Positions 40,542 to 49,433 of a DNA stretch of 64,000 nucleotides are shown piece by piece. Origin of the DNA: Candidatus Limnocylindrales bacterium (GTDB lineage: Bacteria; Chloroflexota; Limnocylindria; Limnocylindrales; CSP1-4); the NCBI GenBank assembly GCA_036559965.1, contig DATBSD010000136.1, positions 1,640 to 65,639 of the forward strand, in the 5' to 3' direction. The position numbers and the translations under genes were made by a program. Under the pieces are notes generated by a model, which saw only the letters and a list, made by a program, of their open reading frames with translations, was not told the DNA's origin and searched no databases. Numbering within the stretch: the stretch's first letter is position 1; each line of letters starts with the position of its first letter.

Positions 40542-42847
40542 CCGCCGCCGACGGCATCGGCGCCTCACCGGCCAGGGTCGGCGGCCTCGATCGGGTGACC
40601 GGTCGCCAGGCCTACGTCGCCGACATCCACCTCGAGGGCGTCCTCGAGGTCAAGCTCGTCGCCCTCGACTGCGCTCGAGCACGCATCGTGGGCATCGACG
40701 CCAGCGCCGCGCTGACTGTCCCGGGTGTTCGCTTCGTCATGACCGCCGACGATCTGCCGCAGCCGATGCCGCGCTTCGGGCCGCAGTGGCAGGACCGACC
40801 GGTGCTCGCCGTCGGCGAGACGCGCTACCACGGCGAGCCGGTCGCCGCGGTCGCCGCCGCGACGCTCGATGCCGCTGAGGAAGCCGCCGCGCTCGTGCGC
40901 GTCGACTATGAGGAGCTGCCGGCCGTCACGACCATCGCCGCTGCGCTCGAATCGGGCGCCTCCCTCGTCCAGGACCCCGCCCTCCGAGCCGGCGACCCGC
41001 TGGCGGCGACGAACATCCTGCGCGAGCACGACTACGGCTGGGGCGACGTGGACGCCGTGGGTGCGGACGCCGAGGTGGTGGTCGAGGGCACGTACGCGTT
41101 CCCGATCGTGACCCAGTTCGCCATCGAGCCGCACGGCTTCATGGCCGCGCCGGACGGGGATGGCATCGCCATCTGGAGCTCGATCCAGCATCCCAATTGG
41201 CTCCAGCGCGTGGTGGCCGGCGTGCTCGGGCTGCCGCTCGCCAAGGTGCGCGTCTTCGCGCCCGACCCGGGGGGAGGCTTCGGCGGCAAGCAGCACGCCA
41301 AGTACGAGCCGCTCGTCGCCTTCATGGCTCTCAAAGCAGGCCGGCCTGTGCGGCTCGTGCTGACGCTCGAGGAGACGTTCCAGGCGGTCCGTCGGGGCGC
41401 ATCGGAGATCCGCGTCCGTTCCGGCTTCCGCACCGACGGTGCCCTCGTCTTCCGCGACATCGAAGCCGACTACCTCATCGGCGCCTACGCCGACATCGCC
41501 GACCGGACGGTGGCCAAGGGCAGCTACACCGCCAACGGCCCCTACCTCACGCCGGCCGTCCGAATCCACGCCCGGAGCATCCTCTCGAACACGACGCCTT
41601 CGACGGCATTCCGGGGCTTCGGCAATCCCCAGCAGATCTGGGCCGTCGAGTCGAACATGAACGAGGCGGCTGGCGTGCTTGGCATCGACCCGCTCGCGCT
41701 GCGGCTGCGCAACCTGGCCGGCCACGGTGATCCATTCATCCCCGGCGACACGCCGGCCGACGGCGCGTGGGCGACCACCGTCGAGCGGGCCGCCGAGCTC
41801 ATCGGCTGGAACGGCCCGCCAGGGCCGGGGGCCAGCGAGGGCCCCGTCGTGGCTGAGAAGCTGGCGGTCGGGCGCGGGCTGGCGGTCGGGCTGAAGTCCG
41901 GCCCCACCACCGGCCTCTCCTATGCCACCGTCCGCATGCTGGCCGACAGCAGCGTCATCATCCATGCCGCCACGTCCGACATGGGCCAGGGTGCGCGAAC
42001 GATCTTCGCCCAGATCGCGAGCCAGGAGTTGGGCGTGCCGCTCGACTGGATCTCGGTCGTCATGGGCGACACGGCGACCGTGCCCTACGACCAGCAGACG
42101 TCGGCCAGCCGCTCGTCCGTGCTCATGGGCAATGCCGTCCTGGACGCCTGCCGGGCAGTGCAGGCGAAGGTGCGCGACATGGCAGCGCGCCTGGAGTCGG
42201 TCGACGCAGCGGCCGTCGAGGTGGCCGACGGCGAGGTCCGCATCGGCGAGCGCACGTGGCCGCTGCGTAACGTCCTCATCCGCGGCCTCGGCCGGCTGGG
42301 TGGCGAGGTCATCGGCCTTGGCGAGATGCGCAAGGAGGCCGACCCCGACCACCCGCTCGGCGGGACCGCCGCGTTCTTCGAGTTCAACTGCACGGCTGTC
42401 GAGGTCGCCGTGGACCGCGAGACGGGCGACGTGTCCGTGCTGCGCCACGTCAGCGTCTCCGACGTCGGCCGGGCGATGAATCCCAGCCAGGTCCGTGGCC
42501 AGGACGAGGGCGCCGCGATCATGGGCCTCGGGCACACGCTCATGGAGCAGATCATCTACGACGACGCCGGCCGGATCCGCAACCTGGGCGCCATCGACTA
42601 CCACATCCCCACCAGCCTCGACCTGCCGACGGAGATGGAGACCGCGATCATCGAGCACGAGGACGGGCCGGGTCCCTACGGCTCGAAGGGTATGAGCGAG
42701 GGCGCGCTGCTGTGCGTCGCCCCGGCCGTGGCCGCCGCGGTCCACGATGCGGTCGGCGTCACGATCCGGGACCTGCCACTCTCGCCGGAGCGGGTCTGGC
42801 GGGCGCTCCAGGAGGCCTCGCCGAGCGAGCCGCCCGGCGCGTCGTGA
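40538..42847 (+). CDS. xanthine-dehydrogenase-family molybdopterin-binding large subunit (CoxL-like Mo-hydroxylase)
   Basis: ATGA overlap; PDPGGGFGGKQ MoCo motif, STAFRGFGNPQ active-site region, 769 aa. Confidence 0.9.
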   Translation: MTAADGIGASPARVGGLDRVTGRQAYVADIHLEGVLEVKLVALDCARARIVGIDASAALTVPGVRFVMTADDLPQPMPRFGPQWQDRPVLAVGETRYHGEPVAAVAAATLDAAEEAAALVRVDYEELPAVTTIAAALESGASLVQDPALRAGDPLAATNILREHDYGWGDVDAVGADAEVVVEGTYAFPIVTQFAIEPHGFMAAPDGDGIAIWSSIQHPNWLQRVVAGVLGLPLAKVRVFAPDPGGGFGGKQHAKYEPLVAFMALKAGRPVRLVLTLEETFQAVRRGASEIRVRSGFRTDGALVFRDIEADYLIGAYADIADRTVAKGSYTANGPYLTPAVRIHARSILSNTTPSTAFRGFGNPQQIWAVESNMNEAAGVLGIDPLALRLRNLAGHGDPFIPGDTPADGAWATTVERAAELIGWNGPPGPGASEGPVVAEKLAVGRGLAVGLKSGPTTGLSYATVRMLADSSVIIHAATSDMGQGARTIFAQIASQELGVPLDWISVVMGDTATVPYDQQTSASRSSVLMGNAVLDACRAVQAKVRDMAARLESVDAAAVEVADGEVRIGERTWPLRNVLIRGLGRLGGEVIGLGEMRKEADPDHPLGGTAAFFEFNCTAVEVAVDRETGDVSVLRHVSVSDVGRAMNPSQVRGQDEGAAIMGLGHTLMEQIIYDDAGRIRNLGAIDYHIPTSLDLPTEMETAIIEHEDGPGPYGSKGMSEGALLCVAPAVAAAVHDAVGVTIRDLPLSPERVWRALQEASPSEPPGAS

Positions 42848-44991
42848 CCCACGCCTACGCCCTGGATGCCCTGCCGGCGATGGCGTCTGGCGATCTGCGT
42901 GCGCTCGTGGGTGGCAAAGCCGCCGGCCTCGCCGTCATGTCGACCGAGCTCGGGTTGCCAGTGCCGCCCGGCTTCGTCATCACGACCGACGTCTGCCGCC
43001 TGTTCCTGGCCGATGGCTGGCCGGCTGGCCTCGACGACGAGATCCGGGCTCGGATGGCGGCTGTCGAGGCGACCGTCGGGCGCCGGTTCGGCGATCCCGG
43101 GGACCCGCTTCTCGTCAGCGTCCGGTCCGGCGCGCCGGTCTCGATGCCCGGCATGATGGACACCATCCTCAATCTCGGCCTCAACGATGGGACGACGACG
43201 GGTCTCGCCCGCGCGAGCGGCGACACCACGTTCGCCGAACGCTGTCGCGAGCGCCTCACGTCGAGCTTCCGCGCGATCGTCGGCATCGAAGCCCCGGACG
43301 ACCCCTGGCAGCAGCTGCGGCTGGCGGTCGAGGCGGTCTTCGGCTCGTGGCAGAGCGATCGGGCGGTGGCGTATCGGGCGAAGGAGAACATCCCGGACGG
43401 CCTGGGCACCGCGGTCACGGTGCAGGCCATGGTCTTCGGGAATCGCGGCACGACCTCCGCGACCGGCGTCCTCTTCACGCGCGACCCGGCAACCGGCGAG
43501 CCGACCCTCTACGGCGACATCCTCTTCGACGCCCAGGGCGAGGACGTCGTCGCCGGCACGCACGCGACCGAGCCCATCGCGGTCCTCGACGAGCGGCTTC
43601 CCGCGGTCGCCGCCGAACTTCGGGACCATGCCGCGCGGTTGGAGCACCACCTCGAGGACATGTGCGACATCGAGTTCACCATCGAGGATGGGCGGCTGTG
43701 GATGCTCCAGTGCCGCGTCGGCAAGCGCAGCCCGCAGGCCGCCTTGCGCATCGCTCTCGACATGGCCGAGGACTCGACGTTCCCGCTCACGCGAGCCGAG
43801 GCCGTCGAGCGCGTCGCCGCGCTGCTCGCGAACCCGCCGACGACGACGAGGGAGCGCGGCGGCGCCCTGAAGCCGCTCACGACGGGCATGCCGGCCTCGC
43901 CAGGCATCGCCAGCGGCCCCATCGCGACCAGTCCCGAAGCCGCGCTCCTGGCGGCCGACGAGGGGAGGGCAGCCATCCTCGTCCGCGCGGACACGTCCCC
44001 GGACGACGTGCCCGGCATGGCCCGCGCCGCCGGCATCCTGACATCGCGCGGCGGTCTCGCCAGCCACGCCGCGGTCGTTGCTCGAGGCTGGGGGATCCCG
44101 GCCGTCGTCGGCGCGGCCGAGGTGGCGGTGCACCACGACACGGTCGTCGTGGGCGATCGGACGTTCCAGTCGGGCGAGATCATCACCATCGACGGCAGCA
44201 CCGGTGACGTCTTCGAAGGCGCCATCCCGGTCAGTCGGGACGTCGTGCCGGAGGCCAGCCCGCTGCTTGACTGGGCGACGGAGCTCGGGATCCCGATCCC
44301 CCAGGGCGCACCCGACATCGCGCGGATAGCGCCCGATGTCCAAGCCTTCGCCGACGCCGGCGCTTCCGACCGGGCTGCCAGCCCGGACGCCTGTCTTCGA
44401 GCCGTCGCCGTCAAGGGGTTCGCTTCGGTGCAGGCGATCGCCGACGCCGTCCTCTCGACGCCAGACGTCGTCCAGCCGGCAGTCGACCGACTCTTGAACG
44501 ATGGGCTGCTGGCGATCGTCGCCGACGCCTTCCGACTGACGGACGCCGGCACGGCCCGCGCGGAGGCCTTGCGCGCCGAGGACCAGGCGGCCTGGGGCCT
44601 CGAACGTGCCAACGCTGCGCTCGATGCCTTCCTCGGCCTCGACCACCGGATGAAGGACACGGTCACGGCCTGGCAGGTCCGCGACGCCGCCGCGCAGAAG
44701 CTCAACGACCACGCCGACCCGGACTACGACCGACGGGTGCTGGCCTCGCTGGCGGACCTCCATGCCGACGCGGTCGCCTGGCTGGCGCCGCACGAGGTCG
44801 GCTGTGCGCGGTTGGGCGACTACGGCGTGCGGCTCGGGCGCGCGCTCGAGCGGGCGCTGGCGGGCGATCAGCGCTTCGTCGCCTCACCTCGCGTCGACAG
44901 CTACCACGGCATCTGGTTCGAGCTCCACGAGGACCTCATCGGGCTGGCCGGTCGCACCCGCGCGGACGAGGTCGCCGCCGGTCGCGCCTGA
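42844..44991 (+). CDS. pyruvate-phosphate-dikinase-like protein: PPDK N-terminal ATP-grasp nucleotide-binding domain plus phospho-His central domain, lacking the PEP/pyruvate TIM barrel, with a ~230-aa C-terminal extension
   Basis: GTGA overlap with coxL stop; near-identical PPDK blocks DPLLVSVRSGAPVSMPGMMDTILNLGLND, TAVTVQAMVFGN, GEDVVAGTHATEPI, DIEFTIEDGRLWMLQCRVGKRS, and His domain ILVRADTSPDDVPGMARAAGILTSRGGLASHAAVVARGWGIPAVVG; no RTEH/NDLTQ TIM-barrel motifs follow. Confidence 0.85.
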   Translation: MTHAYALDALPAMASGDLRALVGGKAAGLAVMSTELGLPVPPGFVITTDVCRLFLADGWPAGLDDEIRARMAAVEATVGRRFGDPGDPLLVSVRSGAPVSMPGMMDTILNLGLNDGTTTGLARASGDTTFAERCRERLTSSFRAIVGIEAPDDPWQQLRLAVEAVFGSWQSDRAVAYRAKENIPDGLGTAVTVQAMVFGNRGTTSATGVLFTRDPATGEPTLYGDILFDAQGEDVVAGTHATEPIAVLDERLPAVAAELRDHAARLEHHLEDMCDIEFTIEDGRLWMLQCRVGKRSPQAALRIALDMAEDSTFPLTRAEAVERVAALLANPPTTTRERGGALKPLTTGMPASPGIASGPIATSPEAALLAADEGRAAILVRADTSPDDVPGMARAAGILTSRGGLASHAAVVARGWGIPAVVGAAEVAVHHDTVVVGDRTFQSGEIITIDGSTGDVFEGAIPVSRDVVPEASPLLDWATELGIPIPQGAPDIARIAPDVQAFADAGASDRAASPDACLRAVAVKGFASVQAIADAVLSTPDVVQPAVDRLLNDGLLAIVADAFRLTDAGTARAEALRAEDQAAWGLERANAALDAFLGLDHRMKDTVTAWQVRDAAAQKLNDHADPDYDRRVLASLADLHADAVAWLAPHEVGCARLGDYGVRLGRALERALAGDQRFVASPRVDSYHGIWFELHEDLIGLAGRTRADEVAAGRA

Positions 44992-45096
44992 CCGTCGCGC
45001 GACTCGAACGCAAGGATCGGGCGCCGTCGCGTGTTGAAGCCCACCGCTCGAAATGAGGCCGCCGTGGCGCACGGGAGCGACTCGTCACCCGGCGAG

Positions 45097-45118
45097 GGCG
45101 ACGCGGGGCCGCGTTGCC
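45097..45118 (+). terminator. candidate factor-independent terminator hairpin after the six-gene operon (weak U-tract; coordinates +/-1)
   Basis: GGCGACGCG-gggc-CGCGTTGCC, 9-bp stem with one G-U, followed by TT; ~105 nt after the PPDK-like stop. Confidence 0.3.
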
Positions 45119-45181
45119 TTCCGTGCGCGCAGCAGTGGAGGAGCGGCTAGCCTTGGCCCATCCGTATGACGGAGTTCCCAG

Positions 45182-45598
45182 GTGAAGACCACCACCGTCG
45201 AAGCCGCGGAGCACGGCCGCTCGCCACTGGGAGCACATATCCGCTTCCTGATGGATGGGCCCCACGGCAACATGATCCACTCGACCGTGCCGCCGGGGAT
45301 GGTTGGTCGCGCCTGCCACTTCCGGACGATCGACGAGTACTGGTATGTCCTCTCGGGTGAGGGAGAGATCTGGCGCCGGGCGCTCGACGGCCGTGAGAGC
45401 ACCACCCGGCTGGTCCCTGGCGTGTGCATCGATATCCCGCTCGGCACGGCCTTTCAGTACCGCTGCACCGGGAGCGCGGCCCTTGTCTTCACCTGCACAG
45501 GCCTACCATCGTGGCCGGGCGACGACGAGGCCGTGATCGTGGACGGGCCGTGGGTGCCCTGTGTGGACCCGGAGCCCGGGGGCCAGCGCTCGGATTAG
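45182..45598 (+). CDS. cupin-domain protein
   Basis: GTG start; 138 aa; two-motif cupin pattern (HxH...E ... P.G..H) around HSTVPPGMVGRACHFRTIDEYWYVLSGEGEI and LVPGVCIDIPLGTAFQYR. Confidence 0.55.
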   Translation: MKTTTVEAAEHGRSPLGAHIRFLMDGPHGNMIHSTVPPGMVGRACHFRTIDEYWYVLSGEGEIWRRALDGRESTTRLVPGVCIDIPLGTAFQYRCTGSAALVFTCTGLPSWPGDDEAVIVDGPWVPCVDPEPGGQRSD

Positions 45599-45749
45599 GC
45601 CGACCGACCTTCCAGCCGCCGACTTCCCTGGGAACCAATCCCGAAGCCCGCGCACGCGACGTTTCTCGCACCCGCGCCAGAGTCCTCGCAAGCGGGGGCG
45701 TAAGCTCCCAGGAAACGGAGATGCTGGCTCCAACGAGCGGGAGAAGAGG

Positions 45750-46046
45750 ATGGCCGAGTCGCGGATGCCGTCGCTCAGTCGATGGCGGTATGGGATGCAT
45801 CCCCAAGCGGCCCAGATGCAAGTCAGCTCCCTTGGGCGCGTCTACCTTCAGCTCGGCGAAGCGCTCCGCCTGGAGATGACGAACGCCGGCGGAGAGGCAG
45901 ATGGCGTCGTCCATCTCCAGTACTACATCGCCACGCAGCTCGGACCGTGGGCGCTGTGGCTCTCGTGTCCACAGGAGGACGTCGCCGACTGCGAGGCGTC
46001 GCTTCGGGATCTCACGCCTCCGTTCGAGGAGGGGCAGCAGACCTAG
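45750..46046 (+). CDS. possible small hypothetical protein (98 aa) in a lower-GC intergenic stretch
   Basis: ATG directly after GGGAGAAGAGG; GC3 lower than neighbours; no recognisable motif; could be non-coding. Confidence 0.25.
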   Translation: MAESRMPSLSRWRYGMHPQAAQMQVSSLGRVYLQLGEALRLEMTNAGGEADGVVHLQYYIATQLGPWALWLSCPQEDVADCEASLRDLTPPFEEGQQT

Positions 46047-46137
46047 CCCCCAGCTTCCGCGCACCGGGCCGCCCGGTCGAGTGCGACCGGACGATCTACG
46101 ATCGACGCCCCACCCGACCACCGAGGAGGCGCCGCCG

Positions 46138-47385
46138 ATGTACACGGCCACCAAGGACCTCATGCTCCCGGCGACCGTCACCGGCTCGTGGCCGCGGCCG
46201 CGCTGGTACGACGGCGGCCTGTGGGGCCGGCCGCTCGACACGGCGCTTCTCGACGTCCGCTTTCGCGAGCAGTTCCTCGATGCACACGCCACCGTCATCG
46301 CCGACCAGCAGCGCGCCGGGCTCGACATCCTGACCAACGGCGACTACCACCTCGACGAGGACTTCGCCGGACGCTCGTGGCACCACTACCCGCTCCAGCG
46401 CTGGAAGGGCCTCGAGCACGAGGAGCTGCAGTACGAGCGCTCGCGCGACCGACTGCTCGAGTTCCCGCCAGGGTCACTGATGAACGAGATCGAGACGACG
46501 TGGCGCTGGCCGCGCGTCGTCGGCAAGGTCGAGCACGACCCCCGCAACCCGCTCGAGTACGCCAAGCTCTGGCGCATCGCCCAGGCGCGCTCTGGCTCCG
46601 GCAAGCCGGTCAAGTTCGGGACCTGCTCGTCGCAGGTGCTCTCGATCTTCCTCGACAGTCACACGCCCGAGTACGACCTCGAGGACAAGAAGCAGCTCAT
46701 CTGGGACATGGCCGGCGCGATGAACGTCGAGCTCCGCCAGCTGGCGGCCGCCGGTGCCAAGGTCATCCAGATCGAGGAGCCGACCATCCACTTCGTGGCG
46801 GCCTTCTATCCCGACCAGAAGGAGCTGCTCGACTTCCTCGTCGACGCCTTCAACCACGAGGTCGAGGGCCTCGACGACGTCGAGCTCTGGATCCACACCT
46901 GCTGGGGCAACCCGAACATGCAGAAGGTCTACACCGGCGAGTCGTATGAGCCCTCCATCGACATCTATCTCAACCGGCTCAAGGGCGACGTCTGGACCGT
47001 CGAGGCGACCGAGAACGAGCTGGCCGAGATCGAGCTCTTCAAGCCCTATGCCAGCCGGCTTCAGAAGAAGGTCGCCGTCGGTGTCGTCAACCACCGCACC
47101 CTGCAGGCCGACATGGCGCCGACCGTGGCCAGGCGCGTCAGGCGCGCGCTGGAGGTCATCCCGGCCGACAAGCTCATCCTCTCGACCGACTGTGGCTTCG
47201 GCCGGCAGGGCTTCAATCGGACCGTCGCCTTCTACAAGACGACGGCCATCGCCCAGGCGCGTAACGTGGTCCTCAAAGAGCTCGGGCTCGAGGAGCGCTA
47301 CGTCCCGGCGGCCGACCCATCGCTCCAGACCGACGTGCTCCCGGACCGCGAGCCCCTGACCCACCTGCCGTCACCGTGGACGTAG
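46138..47385 (+). CDS. cobalamin-independent methionine synthase (MetE) C-terminal-domain-like / UROD-superfamily methyltransferase
   Basis: ATG after GAGGAGG; ~415 aa; zinc-ligand-like HTCWGN and STDCGFG motifs as in MetE catalytic domain; single domain only (full MetE has two). Confidence 0.7.
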   Translation: MYTATKDLMLPATVTGSWPRPRWYDGGLWGRPLDTALLDVRFREQFLDAHATVIADQQRAGLDILTNGDYHLDEDFAGRSWHHYPLQRWKGLEHEELQYERSRDRLLEFPPGSLMNEIETTWRWPRVVGKVEHDPRNPLEYAKLWRIAQARSGSGKPVKFGTCSSQVLSIFLDSHTPEYDLEDKKQLIWDMAGAMNVELRQLAAAGAKVIQIEEPTIHFVAAFYPDQKELLDFLVDAFNHEVEGLDDVELWIHTCWGNPNMQKVYTGESYEPSIDIYLNRLKGDVWTVEATENELAEIELFKPYASRLQKKVAVGVVNHRTLQADMAPTVARRVRRALEVIPADKLILSTDCGFGRQGFNRTVAFYKTTAIAQARNVVLKELGLEERYVPAADPSLQTDVLPDREPLTHLPSPWT

Positions 47386-47420
47386 CGGCCAGTCGGGACG
47401 AGTCGAGCCAGGGGAGCGCC

Positions 47421-47801
47421 GTGGACCACGACGACCTGGTGCGGATGCTCAAGGCCATCGCGACGGCCTTCGACGAGCATGATCTCGACGCGATCATGAC
47501 CCACTTCGCCGAGGACGCCGTCTTCGATGCGCCCCGCGGACCGGACCCTTGGGGCACGCGATTCGCCGGCCTGGCGGAGATCCGGCAGGGCTTTGCCGGG
47601 CGCTTCGCGGGCATCCCCGACATCCGCTACCGGCAGGACGAGCACTTCGTCGACGGTGACCGCGGCGCATCCGAATGGACGCTGTCCGGCACCACGACCG
47701 ACGGTCAGCGCATCGAGGTCAGGGGCTGTGATCTGTGGACCTTCCGGGACGGTAAGGTCCTCAAGAAAGACTCCTTCTGGAAGATCGTCACCCCCGGCTA
47801 A
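47421..47801 (+). CDS. SnoaL/NTF2-like domain protein
   Basis: GTG start; LKAIATAFDEHDLDAIMTHFAEDAVFD...WTFRDGKV pattern typical of SnoaL-like polyketide-cyclase-fold proteins. Confidence 0.55.
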   Translation: MDHDDLVRMLKAIATAFDEHDLDAIMTHFAEDAVFDAPRGPDPWGTRFAGLAEIRQGFAGRFAGIPDIRYRQDEHFVDGDRGASEWTLSGTTTDGQRIEVRGCDLWTFRDGKVLKKDSFWKIVTPG

Positions 47802-47940
47802 CGGCGAGCGTTGACATGGGCCTGTGCGCGGGCCGGCCGGTATTCATGACATAGGCGGTCCGCATCTCCGTCCAGCATGGGCGCAGAGCAAGCAACATGC
47901 GATGCGGCAGGCTGGGTGTGCGCCCGAGACGAGATGAGTA

Positions 47941-48609
47941 TTGGAGTACGGTGTTCTCATGGCCACTGCCGCGAGCATCACGATCGTCCCCGCCAACGAG
48001 GCGAGCTGGCCGGACATCCAGGCCATCTTCGGAGTGCGCGGCTCGTCGGCCGTCTGCTGGTGCCAGCGGTACAAGCTCAAACCGAAGGAGGCCTTCGGCA
48101 AGGTCCCCGCGAGGGATCGTGCCGCCCGACTCCGCGAGCAGACGCACTGCGGCGATCCGACATCACCCACGACGAGCGGCCTCATCGGCTTCCTCGACGG
48201 GGAGCCGGTCGGCTGGTGCGCGGTCGAGCCGCGGCCCGCGTACTTCGGACTCGTGCGTGTGTTTCGGGTCCCGTGGGAGGGGCGGTCGGAGGACAAGTCG
48301 GACGCCAGCGTCTGGTCGGTCACGTGCATCCTCCTGCGCGCCGGCTTTCGTCGCAAGCGCATCAGCTATGACCTCGTGCGGTCGGCGGTCGGCTTCGCGC
48401 GGGATCGTGGCGCCCGGGCGCTGGAGGGCTATCCGAGGATCACGCAGCCTGGGCAGGACGTGACCTGGGACGAGATCCACGTCGGGAGTCGGGCCATGTT
48501 CGCCGCGGCCGGATTCAGCGAGGTCAACCACCCGACGCCCCGGAGGGTGGTCATGCGCATCGACTTCGAGGCGAACCACGCGACGAGCGCTGTCGCTACC
48601 CGGCACTGA
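47941..48609 (+). CDS. GNAT-family N-acetyltransferase
   Basis: Acetyl-CoA-binding-like region RRKRISYDLVRSAVGFARDRGARALEGYP; start may be the second ATG (47959). Confidence 0.7.
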   Translation: MEYGVLMATAASITIVPANEASWPDIQAIFGVRGSSAVCWCQRYKLKPKEAFGKVPARDRAARLREQTHCGDPTSPTTSGLIGFLDGEPVGWCAVEPRPAYFGLVRVFRVPWEGRSEDKSDASVWSVTCILLRAGFRRKRISYDLVRSAVGFARDRGARALEGYPRITQPGQDVTWDEIHVGSRAMFAAAGFSEVNHPTPRRVVMRIDFEANHATSAVATRH

Positions 48610-48625
48610 AGAGGAGGTCCACCCG

Positions 48626-49336
48626 ATGGCATCCGCACCGATCATCCTGGTGCCTGGCTTCTGGCTCGGCGCCTGGGCGTGGGACGAGGTCGCCGGGATC
48701 CTGCGTGCCGGTGGCCACGACGTCACCGCCCTGACGCTGCCCGGCCTCGAGTCCATCGACACCGACCGATCAGCCGTCACCCTCGCCGATCACATCGACG
48801 CGATCTGCGACGCCGTCCAGGCTGTGCCTGCACCGGTCGTGCTCGCCGTCCACAGCGCCAGCGGCTTCTCCGGCTATGCCGCGAGCGACCGGATCCCTGA
48901 CCGCATCGGGGCCATGGTCTACGTCGACACCGCGCCCGGCAAGGGCGCCCTGGAACCCGACTTCGAGGGCGTCGACAAGCCCATGGATTGGGAGTCGATC
49001 ACGGAGGAGGAGAACCTCGACGGGCTGAGCGAGGCGCAGCTGGCGACGTTCCGCGAGCGTGCCGTACCGGAACCCGGTGGCATCTTGCGCGAGGCTGCCG
49101 AGCTGACGAACGACGCACGCATGGACATCCCGAGCACGTTCATCTGCACGGGCTTCACGGCTGAGGCGTACCAGAAGTACGCCCGGGAGAACGACTGGGC
49201 GTTCCTGGCCGGCGTCGGAGAGCTGCGCAACACCACCTGGATCGACCTCCCGACGAGCCACTGGCCGATGTGGTCGCGGCCCCAGGAGCTGGCGACGATC
49301 ATCGGCGACGTCGCGAGGGCGCACGGACCGTCCTGA
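48626..49336 (+). CDS. alpha/beta-hydrolase (esterase/lipase-like)
   Basis: IILVPGFWLGAW oxyanion region, nucleophile elbow VHSASGF, downstream Asp/His (TSHWPMW). Confidence 0.75.
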   Translation: MASAPIILVPGFWLGAWAWDEVAGILRAGGHDVTALTLPGLESIDTDRSAVTLADHIDAICDAVQAVPAPVVLAVHSASGFSGYAASDRIPDRIGAMVYVDTAPGKGALEPDFEGVDKPMDWESITEEENLDGLSEAQLATFRERAVPEPGGILREAAELTNDARMDIPSTFICTGFTAEAYQKYARENDWAFLAGVGELRNTTWIDLPTSHWPMWSRPQELATIIGDVARAHGPS

Positions 49337-49433
49337 GCTGATCGCGTCTGGGAACCACGGTGCGGCGGCTGGCGTCTGGCCGCCAACAGGCCTGGCTTCT
49401 CACACCCGACCCAGAACGAACAAGGAAACCCGC

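Noticed and set aside
44990-45075. tRNA-like GACTCGAAC (reverse-complement of a T-loop GTTCGAGTC) downstream of the PPDK-like gene
   Set aside because: Reverse-complement does not fold into a cloverleaf: no acceptor-stem complementarity, no CCA or discriminator context, T-stem only 3 bp.
45599-46137. Possible cobalamin or SAM riboswitch upstream of the MetE-like gene
   Set aside because: Looked for the B12-box (GCCACTG / GGTG..AATCC) and SAM-I/SAM-IV cores. Only a weak GGGAACCAATCC fragment is present; no convincing match.
47805-47850. TTGACA ... TATTCA promoter-like hexamers upstream of the GNAT gene
   Set aside because: Spacing between hexamers is ~24 nt, not 16-19, and actinobacterial promoters rarely match sigma70 consensus; not reportable.
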